NCBI GenBank assembly: GCA_002104945.1
Contig: MCFH01000053.1
Coordinates: forward strand, 186,001-250,000
Length of the DNA: 64,000 nucleotides
Reading direction: 5' to 3'
DNA from: Piromyces finnis finn
Taxonomy: Eukaryota > Fungi > Neocallimastigomycota
Numbering within the stretch: position 1 is the stretch's first letter; each line of letters starts with the position of its first letter. Positions 13,327-27,600 of the stretch are shown piece after piece. The position numbers were made by a program, and so were the translations under genes. Under the pieces are notes generated by a model. The model was not told where the DNA came from, searched no databases, and saw only the letters and a list, made by a program, of their open reading frames with translations.

Positions 13327-14474
13327 TTTTTTTTTAAAAAAAATTAATAAATATATAATACACTTTCAAAAAGTACTAATTTTTAAATAAGATAATAAAA
13401 TATACCTTAATAAATTGTTCTAATTGATTGTTTATTTGCTTTAATTTTTCTTTTTGTTTTAATAGTTTTTCATTCTTTTTTTTCTTACTTTCAATTAGTT
13501 CAGTCTCTGTTTTTGATAATCTTTTAATATTTTAATATTATTTTAATTATTAATAGTATATTATTATTATTTTTGCATAGATTATAGGCGATAATATTAA
13601 TAATTATATTAGTAATTATAATAATAATAGGGATAGTAATAATAATTATAGTAATAATAAAATAATATGTTACCTTTTTCTTTCTTCAAATTCAAAACTT
13701 AATCTATTAATCATTTGTCTATGTGGATTATCACTATTTTTTAATTCTTCTGGGGCAACAATTAAAAATTCTTCTAAAGGAATCATATCTATATCTTGAT
13801 ATGTAGTTCTTTAAAATAGTTATTTTTAATTGCAATTAGGGTTAAAATATTTAATATTTTTTTTTTAAATAGTTAAAATAATTGAAAAAATAGAATCATT
13901 AATTTCCTACTTTAATTGACTACATTCTTCGATTTCTTTTTTCAAGTGAAGACGTTCATAGTCCAAATTTTTTAATTCTAAATTTAATTTATCCATTTTT
14001 GCTTTTTCATCTTGAGTTGTTTGTTTTATATTTTTATTATCAATATAAAGAGTTCTATTTATTTGTTTTAAATCCATAGTTAATAATGAACTAGTAGTTA
14101 ATATATCGTCTGGTATATCTTCAATTTTTTCATTATTCTTTTATATTAATTATTACATATAATATATATATTATAACATTATATAAATTTCATTGAGACA
14201 TATAAAAATAATTTTCATATAAAAATTATATATTATATTATTATATAAATTTCATGTTAACATTTATTTTTTTAAATAAAATTACTAATTTATGAATAGT
14301 ATTGTAAATTAAATATATTTAAAGTAGAAATGTATTATCATTTTATTCCTAATATTTCATTACCATAATATTTTTTTCTCTTTTTTGAAACAACTCATCT
14401 AATAATTTCCTCATACTTTGACAAGTATCTTCAAGTACTTTTATATTTCTTGAGTTAACTTCTTGGGACAACAT
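11478..14474 (-). CDS. THOC5: THO complex subunit 5 (FMIP/THOC5), multi-exon
   Basis: LKQINR...KMDKLNLELKNLDYERLHLKKEIEEC, DMIPLEEFLIVAPEE...PHRQMINRLSFE, LPEPLFILYKQA, LSCLYKGDTGETSPNPAN and YSWAQIICGLDF are all THOC5 motifs. Confidence 0.88.
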
Positions 14475-15197
14475 CTTATTTTATAATATAAAATATTAAA
14501 CTTCAGTTATTAGTAATAAACATTTAATTCATTCGTATATTAATAATATTTGTAAAAATTATTAAATAATATTTTTTCTTTATTTTAATGAAATTTTTAT
14601 AGTTCTTTCTCAAAAATTATCCAATAAAATTTTAAAAAAAAAAAAATAAAATAGGTAATAAATAATAATACAATAAAAATATAAAATATATTAATTAGAT
14701 ATACCTTTAAATCATTCTTTATATAAATTACAATTTATTTAATAATAAATATAACTATTATTTCAAGTAATGAATAAGTAGTATATATAACAAAAATGAA
14801 TAATTTTTAATAACATTTTCCATTTACTTTATTATTATTCATAAGATATACAGAAAAATATCTTTATTATATTTCTTTATATATTCATTAATAAAAGAAA
14901 TAAACAATTTATGGTAAAAACTATTTATTTATTATTAAATGCTAAATAGAATAATGGAGAAAACTAATTTATTATTATTATATATATATATATATAAAAT
15001 CATTATTTAAATATTATTTTGTAAATTTATATTTACAGTATTTTATAAAGACAATTTTTTTTTTAAAAAAAATTAAATTAAAAAGTAATATGTAAAAAAA
15101 AGTTGTAAAAAAAAAGATTATAAAGTTCATGTTGGGAAACTAATAAATAATAACTATTATTATAATAAAAAGGAAAAACATTTCAGTTTATTAAAAA

Positions 15198-17112
15198 TTA
15201 TTCTTTTGAATTTAAAATTGAGAAAAGTAAGTCATCCGATAATTCGTTTCTAATATCATTTTCTGGTAGGGAAGGTAAATTATTATCTTTATTTTGATTT
15301 GAAATTTTATTACGAAGTTCTTGTTGAAGTTGTTGAAGTTGCTGTTGTTGAATTTGTTGTTCTTCATCTTGTGATTGTGGTTTGGTTTGTATATTATCTT
15401 GAATAATTGAAGTATTGAAATATTCATTTATTGAAGATAATGTATTTTCTGATGTTTGAAGTGGTGCAGTAAAGTTCATTAAAGGATTTATTGTAGTTGA
15501 AAGATTAGTATATGTGTTATTAGTAGTTGCATTTAAGGTTTTGTTATTCATAAGCATTAAAGGAACAGTTGAAACGGGTGTTTTCGATGAAGGATAAATC
15601 TGATTCATATCTAAATTCATAAATTCATTCATTATTGGATTATTGGTTACATTTGTTGTTGGCACAGCTGTATTAACTGATATCTCAGTTTTACTAGTGT
15701 TTTCAGAATTATAGAAATGATTAGTATTGCTTTCATTACATGAACATTGCTTATCACAAGATGTATTTTCAGTATTACATGATGGATTATTTCGTGCACA
15801 ATATTCATTTCTTTCACATTGACTACAATAAGAGTTTTTAATAGATTCATTTGGACAGCTTGAATTGACCTCTATCTGAGAAGTTGTTTTATTGGTATAA
15901 TTTTGGGTATATGAATTATTACAATAGTTATGATTACAGTCATTGTTATGATCATGATGATGACATTCATCAAATTCATGATCTCCTTCGTGATAAGAAT
16001 CTTCCTCAGTAGAATCATGTTGATGATCATTATCATTGTAATTATAGGTGAAGTTACTTTCTGGTTTTAATTCTTTCTTTAAAGTACTACAACATTGAGT
16101 ATTGGAACAACCACAACCTTTATAGCCAGTTTCACCACGTGGTAATGGACGATATGAAGGGGTAGAGTATGGTGAAAGAAAGCCTAAAAGACCCAGTCCA
16201 TTAGTAGCAAACGGATCTTTATAAATTAATTGTGGATTATATGGCATAAAATTACCAATTACTGCTGATGGGATTTCAAATTTATCACGACGAACAGTAA
16301 AAGAAAAAGCACATTTTATAGATCGTTTAAAACTTTGAGGATTTTCTAATACACAAGAGGTAATTACAGCTTTTTGTTTAGAGTCAAATGCAACAATACT
16401 ATATTTTTCCCAATAATTAGCAACAAAATCCTCTGTCATAAATTCATATATACTCATTTTACCATTATTTAATTGTTCTATAGGAACACCAACCAAATAG
16501 GCAAAATGTCTATTAGCTTTAAATATTTCACCAGTACGACGCCAGAGACAAGAAGGAATTCCAACACTTGCAAAGACACTATCATATTCTAATAAAAGAC
16601 GTTCAAAGGATTCTTCTGATGATAATAAATCCCAATCAGTGATATTAGAAGCTGCATTCTTAAAACCTTTTTGATAAGTGTTAAATGCATTTAATATTTT
16701 TTGCTTGTTTAAAATTGAAATATTTTCATCTAAATATTTTTGAAGACGAATGTAGCCCTTTGAATAATTATATGGCTTAAGAAGTCCAGCTTTATATTTT
16801 TCTTTAATTATTTCTTTTAATTGATCTTCAATTGACATATTAGGATTAAAGTTATCGGCTGCTTTTAATAAAAATTGTTCATTTCGACTAAATGGACAGT
16901 TTTTACATCGTGAAGGCATACCATTTTCATGTGATACATTTTGGCAGAAGTTAACTAATGCTGATAATTCATTATTTATATAGTCGGAAGAAAAAATCGG
17001 TGTTACGGATGAAAATGGTACACATGGTTTTGATGGATTAAATTCTAGTTCAGGTAAAGCATAATGTGGTGATGCTTTTTTATTAAAAAAAGAAAAAGAA
17101 AATCAGGAATAA

Positions 17113-17152
<40 letters not shown>

Positions 17153-18477
17153 GCATATGGATATTTACCTATTTGGTCTAACATGTTATTAATAGATGCA
17201 TTTTCTTCTGTAGTAGTATTAAATGAAGAGGTAGAACTCACTTCTGAAGCGCTTGTTATATGAGTACTGTCTTTAGATATTTGTGATTTCTGGGATATAG
17301 AATTAAATTGTGGAGTTTGAATAGTTTGGATGTTTTTTTGTAAAGTTTCTAATGAATTTTGAATAGTTGAATCTGAAATTGTATTTATTGGAGACATTAA
17401 ATTATTAGAAAGAGTAGATGTAGATAATGGATATGTTGATTTTAAAGTAGTATTATTTATATTAGGTGTTAATGAATTTACTGATGTTAAAGGTATACTT
17501 AAAGGAGGTGTAGGTTGCTGAGTATGCGATGGCGTTGATATTGCGGTTGATGTTATTTGAGGAGATTGAAGATTTTGTTGATTATTAATAACTTGCTTTA
17601 ATAAATGATCAAATGAATTATTTAATGGAGAAACTTGTTTCTGGTTAATGATTTGTTGTTTAACTAATCCTGAACTATCATTTAATCTAGGATATGAAAA
17701 TGTATTTACTTTTTGATTTAAAAGAGGGATTGGAAAATTGGTAAGTGGTGAAGGATTTAATTGAGAATTTAATATACTTGTTGAATAATTTGGAAATGTT
17801 GGTGGTTTGTAAATATTTGTTTGAATTGGATATGGACCTTTGAGTAAAGGGAAAATAGGACATGAGTTACAATCCATCATATTTGAGCCTTTTTTAGGGG
17901 CATCATGACAAAGATGTGCTATACCTTTTTTGACGCAACGTGTACATGGTCTTTTATTATCACATGATATATGAGATTTACGGCATACAACACATGCTTG
18001 GAATACCTTTTTTCTTTTAGGTTTTTTATTCTCTGTTTTCTTATTTTCAATTTTTATTTTTTTACTTCCAGTATCAGTTAATTCTTCTTCATTAATTTTA
18101 TTCTTTTTGCCATTATTTTTTGTTTCTTTTTCTTTTGTTGAAGGGGCTTCATCATTTGCTAGCTTATTTATTTTTTTTTCATTATCAACGTTATTTTTAG
18201 TTTTTATAGTTGAAGTAATTTGATTTTGAGTTTCAGAGGTAGTTATTTTTGTAGAATTATCTGTAATTGCATTGGTTATGGTATTTGAAGATGAAGTCGT
18301 TTGTTGTGAGGATATTGTTGTAGATGGAATATCTGTTGAAGATTCAGTATTATCAATTTTTTTCTTTTTAGTTTGAATTAGATTTTCCAATACATAATCT
18401 AAATTTTCTATTTGAACTAAATTTGCATTAGCTTCTTGTTTAAGCCTAAGTTCATTTCTAGGCCTTGGTGGTTCAAT
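15198..18477 (-). CDS. RDS2: Zn2Cys6 transcription factor with PAS-like domain, RDS2/AcuM (ERT1/AcuK family); intron 17168-17075; 5' exon(s) unresolved
   Basis: ACVVCRKSHISCDNKRPCTRCVKKGIAHLCHD zinc cluster; GLLKPYNYSKGYIRL...FERLLLEYDSVFASVGIPSCLWRRTGEIFKAN...YWEK...CAFSFTVRRD...IGNFMP is AcuM/Rds2-like; acceptor AG at 18479-18478 implies a further upstream exon. Confidence 0.85.
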
Positions 18478-21400
18478 CTAAAAATTAAAATTATAGAATA
18501 TAATATAAAAATTAAAATTTGATTGAAAAATAAAAGATTTTAAATTTGAATTTGTAAATTGTTCAATATTTCATTTTCATAATTGTTTTCGCCATTTCTT
18601 TAAAAAAAATTTATACTTTTTTTTTATCTTTATAAGTTTTATCAATTTATTACTTTTGTTTAAAATTTAGATTTTAAATTAATTAAAATACTTTCTGATA
18701 TTACTTGTTGAGATAGAACTTTTTATTATTATTATCAAATTGTTTTTACTTTTATTATTATTATTAATGCAAATACTTTAGCATTAAATTTTTTTATTTT
18801 GTGTTAAATTTTAATTCCATCTTTATAAAATAATATCTTTTGATTAAAAAATATTTATCATGAAAGATAGAAATGCATTTTTTTTTTATCTATATAATGC
18901 TTATAGTTTATCGAAATATTGATTTGAATTATATTATAATAGTTAAAAAATATATTTACTTTTTTATTCATGAATTAAAGAATTAATAAAAAACAAATTG
19001 AAATTAAAATGTTTTTATATTTATTATATATTGGTGGTATTCAAGTAGGATTATATGAGACTAGAAAAATTTAAATTTTACTTTTATTTTTATAAATAAT
19101 CTTTGAAATTAAAAAATACTTTTTAAATTACTAAATTTAAATATAAAAATTTGATTCTAATAATTTATTTATAATTCATTAATTATAAATATATTTATAT
19201 CTACAATCTTTATAAACAGTTAATTTATTTTTATAGTTAAATGATAAAATTCCTAAATTCAATTAAAATTATAACAATTTTAATTGTATTATAAAAAAAT
19301 TATATATATTTACTATATATATATATTTTATATTTTTAATAATTTTATAGTAGAAATATATAGTGTTTATTATTTTTAATCAATTTGAATGAAATGAAAT
19401 TTTTATAATAAATTTTCTTAAAATTATACCAAATCAAAATTAAAATGTCATATATAAAAGTAAAAAAAAAAAAAAAAAAAGTAAAAAAAAAAAGATAAAA
19501 CATTTAATAATTTTTTTTTTAATTATTAATATTTTCAATATTAACAATATATTATTAATAAATAATAATAATACAAAATTTATAATTGATATTCCATTTA
19601 TTTATAGTTTTTCCCTATAATTAATTTATTGATAATATACAAAATTTAAATTGATATCATATATTACTTTATATTATTATTTAATAATAATAGAAATTTT
19701 CATTTTTTATTTTCTTTGATTAGATTTTTAAACAGTTAAAAAAAAGAAAAAGAAAAACCAATAATAGCTTTAAAATACACCCATCCATTTAAAGACAATA
19801 TTAACAATAAAAATAATAAAAATAAAAATATTCTAATAAAACATTATCTCTCTATGAAATATTTAAGAAATAAACAATAAAAATAATATATTTTTACTAT
19901 TGTAAAGAATATTTAAATTTTACTCTTTTGTTTTTTAGATAAATTATAAAATATAACTTAGCAAGCAAATATTCTTCAGATTGGAATATTCTAAACTAGT
20001 TGGTCTTTATTTATTATCGTAACTACCACCATTATCTTTATTATTAAAATCTTAAATAATACTAAGCAAAAAAAAAAAATTAAGACATTGGTTTAATGAT
20101 TTAATTATTTTTTAATAGAATACTATGAATCTCGTCTTTATAAATATATTAGAATAATAAACATCTACCATTTATAATATTGAATTAATATTATTAAACG
20201 AATACTTTTTAATTTATCAATCTTTTTTTTTTTAAATAAAAAAATAGTTGATGAAAACTAATTCTTCATCATTGATTATTAAAAGATGATTTATATTAAT
20301 AAGATGGGTTTAAGTTTATTTAAATATATTTTAAAATGGTAAAACTATAAAATTTTGAATAGCATTAATTATTGCCTATTACTGCATTGCTTTTAATTTA
20401 ATGTATATAATAATAAAAAAATAGGTTTAAATACAACTTTTTATTAGATTAATTCTATTTAATAATTCCTTTCATTTGATGGATTAAACCTATTTTCTTT
20501 TGGTTCATTTTAAAATATTTTTTTTAGAGATTATTCTAAAAATCTATGTATAAATTAATATATTATATAATAAATTAAGTTCTATATTATAATATATTAT
20601 AATATATTATTATATTTATTAAATTGAAAATTTAATTTTCTAAAATAAATATAAAAAGAATTAAATCGGGTTGATTTTTTTATATTTAATTTTAATTTTA
20701 AAATAAAGTTTAATTGTTCGTAAATTTTTACCTATCAGGAGTGAGAGAAAAACCGAAATTTGATTATTAATATAGGAGAAATTATCGAATAGATGAATAG
20801 AATAATTTATAACAATGAAACATTAAAAAGTTATTTTAAAGAAATGATATTCAACATCTAAAGCATTGATAATAAAATAAATGATAACGGTAATTAGTAA
20901 TGATACGAAATTAAATATTAAATCATCTAATATTATATAAATAAATATTTTTTTTTTGAAAAAAATCATTAAAAATGGATATTTGTTTTTTTTTAAATAA
21001 GAAAGTATAAAGAAATTTTAAATAATAAGTGTAATAATGATTGATAGTTAAAACAAAGAAAAAAAAATAACAAAAAAAGGTATGGAAAATATATGAAAAA
21101 TCCTATATTATTAATCTATAATAATATTAATCAAAATGGGACAAATCATAATTTTATATTTAATAATAATAATTATAATTAGTGTATAAAAAAAGTAGAA
21201 TATTAATAAAATTTTACTTTTGAAAAATGATAAAAATTGCAATCAATTGATACTTTATAATTATCAAAGTAAAAAGTATAGAAATTATATATATTGGTAT
21301 TTTTTTTTTTTTTTAAAAAAAAGTATTATCCATTATAAAATAATTTATAATGAATTATAATTTTCATTAAAGTATTTTCAAGTAATGATTTTTTTTTTTT

Positions 21401-22706
21401 TGGGAAAAGATTATTTATAATGAATTCAATAACTTGATAGATTTAGGGTTAATTGTAAAAATTTTAAGTATTTTTTTTAATACTTATATTACTTATATTA
21501 ATATTTACAATCCTACAAAAAGTAGAAATTTTATTTTTAAGGTTATTATAAAATCATATAAAAATTTCCAAAGAACAATTCAAATATATTTATTTATTAC
21601 AATTAAAAATTTCCATATATTTTTTCTTTTTTTTTTTTTTTCAAAGTTACATATTTTTGTATATAATTATATGACGACTGACCCAGATATCAATTTAGAA
21701 TGTTAAATATGCTATTGCTATTAATAAAGTTTTTTTTTTTAATAAAAAAAATAATATTTAGATAAAATTAGGATTAGAATAAGGATAAAAGATTATTCTT
21801 TAAAATTTTATATTTAAAAAATAAAAAACTTTAAAGACTTTAAAACTTGTCATATTGTATAAGTTTAAAACATCCATTTTTGTATTATTATTTATTGTTA
21901 TTTAGTTAGTCAGTTATTTAAATATTGACTGATAATGTAAATTATTTTTATTTATTTTTATTATAAATATTATTTTTTTTTTTTTTTTTTGATATAATTT
22001 AAAAAAAATGAATAATTTTAGTAGTTATGCCTAACATTTTCATTTTTGCTTATTATTAATTTTAGTTATTATTTATTTTACACTTTTAATCCAATTTCGA
22101 TATATAATCTTTTTTAAAGTTTTAAATTTAATTTATAATATAAAATCGAAAATTTATAAAAAAAAATATGTATTTTTATAGCACAAGAGGTCTTTTGTAA
22201 TTTTAACTATATTTTCCCTTTTAAGAAATTTACCATAATTGTTATTTACATATAAATTTAATAATAACTACCAGAAATAAATAAATAAAAAAAAAAGAAA
22301 ATAATAATATTATTGGTATATTATTATAAAATCTTTAAAAGAAAAAAGAGTGTTTTTGTTTCAACATTATACGTATTGGATATATAAAATACATATATCT
22401 CATCTAATTTGAAAAAACCATAGTTTAATTTATTTTTTATACATTTATTGTTAATTATAACATTATGCATATATATTTTTAACATTTATAAATTATTATT
22501 ATTATTTTTTATTATAAACAGAGAATTATATATAAAAAATAGAGGTGAATTAAATACTAAATTGGAAATATTATAAAATTTAAAATAATTGATTATAATC
22601 AGTATTCTTTACTTGATAAAACAAAAAATAAAAAAAACAAGACATAAATACTTTGTAAAATTTTAAATTTTTTAAATTTTTAAAATAAAATTAAAATAAT
22701 GAAAAG

Positions 22707-23630
22707 ATGAAAATGAGTAATATTTGTAAATATGTCACTTCATTATGCTGTATTTTCTCTGGGATGATTGTTATAACAACTGGAATCTTTGTTTATGTTA
22801 TTTTTTATGCTCCATTGGTACCAGAAGATTATATTAATATTGTAAAGACTGGTGGAAATATTGAGGCAAAATATCTTAACATGGGAAATTTCACAGTAAA
22901 ATATCATTCAGAAGAAACAAAAACTCAAGCTGGTAGTTTATTGTATTATTATCCAGAAGAATTAACAGAAAGCAATAAAACATATCCATTAGTTATTGTA
23001 GTTAATGGTGAAACAGCTTTTCCTAATAAACAAAAAAGTGTTTTTAAACATTTAGCATCATGGGGATTTATTGTTTTAGGAAATTATGATGTTAATCCAA
23101 TAAACGGAAAATCTGTTGGTCATTCTTTAAGAGAAATACTTAATTTTAATGAAAATAAAAATCATTTACTATATAAAAAAATTGATGTTGAAAACATAGG
23201 TATTATTGGCTTTTCTCAAGGTGGAATTGGTGTATATAATTCTATTATAGATAAAACAAATAATAATATTTTCAAATGTGCTATTCTTCTTTCCCCGAAA
23301 GGATATGATAATGAAGATATTACAATTAATTATACTTTTTCACTTATAACCTGCCCTTTTATGATATTGACTGGTACATTAAAAGAAGATATTCCATTTG
23401 ATAATATTCAAGAAGTATATAAAAATAATACATCTGTTACAAAGCTATTAGCAAGAAAATCTGAAGTGAAAAGTACACAAATGCTATATTACAGTGATGG
23501 ATATGTCACAGCATGGTTTATGTATTATTTACAAAAAGATAAAGAGGCGGGATTATTTTTTAGAGGCGATGATCCAGAAATATTAAATAATACATTATAT
23601 CAAGATCAACAAATAAGTATAAGAGATTAA
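22707..23630 (+). CDS. intronless alpha/beta-hydrolase (chlorophyllase/cutinase-like, bacterial type) with N-terminal signal anchor; catalytic His apparently absent
   Basis: TGGNIEAKY, YPLVIVVNG, FKHLASWGFIVLG, nucleophile elbow GFSQGG, DGYVTAWF; no introns. Confidence 0.85.
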   Translation: MKMSNICKYVTSLCCIFSGMIVITTGIFVYVIFYAPLVPEDYINIVKTGGNIEAKYLNMGNFTVKYHSEETKTQAGSLLYYYPEELTESNKTYPLVIVVNGETAFPNKQKSVFKHLASWGFIVLGNYDVNPINGKSVGHSLREILNFNENKNHLLYKKIDVENIGIIGFSQGGIGVYNSIIDKTNNNIFKCAILLSPKGYDNEDITINYTFSLITCPFMILTGTLKEDIPFDNIQEVYKNNTSVTKLLARKSEVKSTQMLYYSDGYVTAWFMYYLQKDKEAGLFFRGDDPEILNNTLYQDQQISIRD

Positions 23631-24619
23631 TTTTGATTATGAAATATTTAAAAAGATACGATCATAGATCATAGTATTTGGCAAAATAAATATATAAAGG
23701 ACAATACGACTTTAATGATGTATAATACATATTATATATAAAAAATAATTAGATAGTAGGGAACAAGCAACTTTCCAAAAACTGATAAAAAATTACAATT
23801 TATATGTTTCATTATCATTTTAAATTACATATTCCATAAATGAAATGTATATGTAATATATATATATATTAACTTTAAAAACATAATATAGTTTTTTTTT
23901 TTCTTCGGTTATTACTTTTTTAAAGTTTTTTAATATTATAATAATATTACATTAAAATATGTTTCTATAATAATATTTAAAAAAATATGAATCTATAAAT
24001 TATTATTTTTATATTTTATAATTGTAGTAATTTTATAAATTTGTGATGACAAATTCATGGTTATTTAGAATTCAAATATTAAAAAATTTAATTTTAATAA
24101 TGGGTAATTCAAATATCAAATACTTTATACTATTTAAAGTATTGCTTTTATGAGGAATATAGAAACTTTTTTTTTTTATTTTTTTGATAATTAATAAAGA
24201 TTAAAAAAATAAAAAAGTATTTTTCTTAGGAGATGGGTTAATTTGATAAATATATATTAAAAAGAAGAAACATTTTTATTTCTTTATAATAAATAAGATT
24301 TAATATAACATAACTATATATTTCAATATTTTCTTTGTATTTTTAAGTTTTTAATATTCATTTATAGTTTATCTTTGAAAATCATATTAGAAACTATATT
24401 ATTAAAATGTGACTTAATAGAATAATCAATCTATATAATTTTAAAAATAAAATAATAAACAAAAGAAAAATAGATTGAAAATCATTTCATGGTTTTAATA
24501 ATATTTTAAAAGATACATCAAAGTATTTAATATAAAAATGAAAATTAATTAATAATAAAATAATTGATGAATAGTAATTTTTTTTTTTTAATAATTTTCA
24601 TCATCATTATTAAATTAGT

Positions 24620-27600
24620 ATGAAGGGTAACGACAACAACAACAACAACAACAGTATTGAATACAGGAATTATATGAAAATAAATATTGCAGAGAGCGAG
24701 AATGAAATTGATATTACATATAAAGATAAAGGGAGTGATAACAATAAAAATAAAAAAATAATTTATAAAAATAATATAAACTTAGAAAATGATATTGAAA
24801 ATAAAAGTAATTATCGGGTTATTATCGAAGAAAAGGTAGTGAATGAAGATAAAGAAACTATAAACGAAATTGATATTACAGGTGACAAAAAAAATTTAAA
24901 GTTTATAAATAAAAATTTATTTAATGATACTACTAAAATCGAAAGAGAAAAATATACTTTAAACAATAAAGATAAACATGATAGCATAAAGAATAATAAT
25001 TTTGATGATGATAAAATAGATATTTTCATACAAAATGGCTTAGAAAGCAATATAACGGATTCAATAAAATTTAATAGTGAATATAATTCAAGAGATCAAT
25101 TTATCCATGAAGATAATAAATATTCATTTAAACCTAGTATTTTTGAAGATGTAATAAACGGTCCTCGTGGTCCGGATGTACGATTGCATAGATATAATAT
25201 AATTGTTGGAGTACTAAAAATATTGATAGGTGTATTTGCGACGGCTGGTATCATATTGTTAACTGTAATTATGTTATGTATTACAATCAATGTTGGTTAT
25301 GTTTGTGTTCAAATCGATAAAATAAATTCATTTGTACAAATGCTATTTTTTATATACTATTTTGATTCCTTATACAAAATTAATCGATCGATTTGGAGAA
25401 CATATTTAAGATTCATTCATACTATAGTAAATAGTAAATTTGGTTCATCTATGAATGATATTTTTATTAAAAGAATACTAGGTTATTTTATAAGTGAAAA
25501 AATTACATACATGACTCTTCCTGATAGATATAAAACCCATCCAAAGGATTGGTATGAGAAAATTAACCTGACCGTATTTGTAGTATTTGTATTTATAATT
25601 CTTCTTCCATTCCCATTAATTAGTATATGCTTTGGTTATTGGAAGATCACCGAGATTATTTGTCTATTGTTTGTGGGTGGTGGTGCTATTACGATATTGA
25701 GTTTAAATTTTTTTTCTCGTGGTATTCTATATTTGAAGTTTTTCAGAAGACTGGATGAATATTATTATAACGCCCCATCTTATATAGATATTAAAGAACG
25801 TGTTAATAATCAAACAAACTATCTTAGAATAATATACTGTAATACAAATAGTTTTGAATGTGGTATTAATTATATTAATTATGTATTAGAACGTTTAATT
25901 GCAATGTTAGCAGGAATTTCAGTTGCTTCTGTTTTTTTCGGTTCTTTTGATCCAGATGTGATAAAATTAAGTTTTATGTTTGGAATAATTTTAATTCTTA
26001 TTCCTGTTCGTTTTAGAAACCAAGTGTATAGATTAATTGTGAAAATGAAAATTGTTTCAAAAAGTAAGCTTGAAGATAGTGATTTACAAAATAAATTAAA
26101 GATAAAAAAACAAATGAATGAAGCTCATAAGCAATATATTATCAGTAAAAGAAAATCAAAACAATATTTACATAATCAAAATCAAAATCAAAATATAAAA
26201 AAAACTGTATATGATCCTGTAAGCGATAACGATGAAAATTATTTAAAAGCACATGTAGGGGAAAATCATTTAGATGATGTATATTCTAATTCTCTCTTTA
26301 AAAATGGTTATGACAATAATTTATACAGTAGTTCTCATAATAATACGAATACATCCATGACAAATAATAAAAATAAATATTTAGGAGATGAAGAAGAAAA
26401 TATTAAAGAAAGTCAATCCGATTTTGAAAACAATGAAAACGACAATTTTGACAATATAATTAATACGGATGATAGAAATATTTATAGTAAAGCTATATTA
26501 ACTTGGAATATAGAAAATTTGAAATCATGGAAAGGTTGTTTAACCGTTTTTTTTGTTCGTCTAATAAAAAATATTATTGGAATTGGTTCTATGGCATTTT
26601 TAAATTACTATAGATACTCTAACAATTTTGATAGTTTTGATATCGAAACAACCAATAGTCTTTTGGTTGATATCTTTACTCATTTAACTTTTTTGATAGT
26701 ATTACTTGGTCAAGATGTCATTCAATTAATCCCAGCAAGTTCCGATTTTATGTCAATGAAAAAAAGGAAAATTATTTTTATTTCACTCTTAATATTTGAG
26801 TTTTGCTTGGTTATTATTATGCGTATTGTTATAACAAACAATTATATACCAATGGCATTTATAATTATAGCTTATTCAAATTTTATTATTTATCCTGATC
26901 CACGATATACATGGGATGATGAAAGTGTTGAAAGAAAAACTTTCTTTGACCTTTTTAAACCAAATATTGATCTTCGATCGGAAATATCTTATAGACATTT
27001 TGGTAAAAGTAGAGGATTTATTAATAAAAAATGGAAAAAAGACATTCCTACTGTGGATATTTCACAGGTAAATAATGAAAATGAAAATGAAAATTTATAT
27101 GAAACATTAAGTAAGGAAGATAAATTCACACAACCAGTTGCTATTTCAATGAAAAATAAATGTAATAGTTCATATAATAATATTAATTATGATCAAGGTA
27201 ATAATGATAGCGAATACACCAATAATTTAAAGAACAATATTACAAATGACAATAAGAAGGAACCAACCGTACAATTATATAAGACTATTCAAACTATTAG
27301 AAAAGAAATACAATATAAACGAAATGTTCGTGCACGTTATAATAGTTATGCAATTTTATTTGTAACTACAATAGTGGTAGTTACTTCTATTTTAATTAGT
27401 ATTGTTCTAGCCAATTCACAAAATTATAAAATGTTTTCATTTATAGATAATTCCAATTTTATTAATCAAAAACCAGCAATTTGTCAATGGAATATTAGTG
27501 GTATTACTATCAATGAATTTTCATCATTAGCTCATGCCTGTTATTATGATACAATTGATGATGTTTTCCATTCCTGGCTGTATAGTCGACCAAAGACTTC

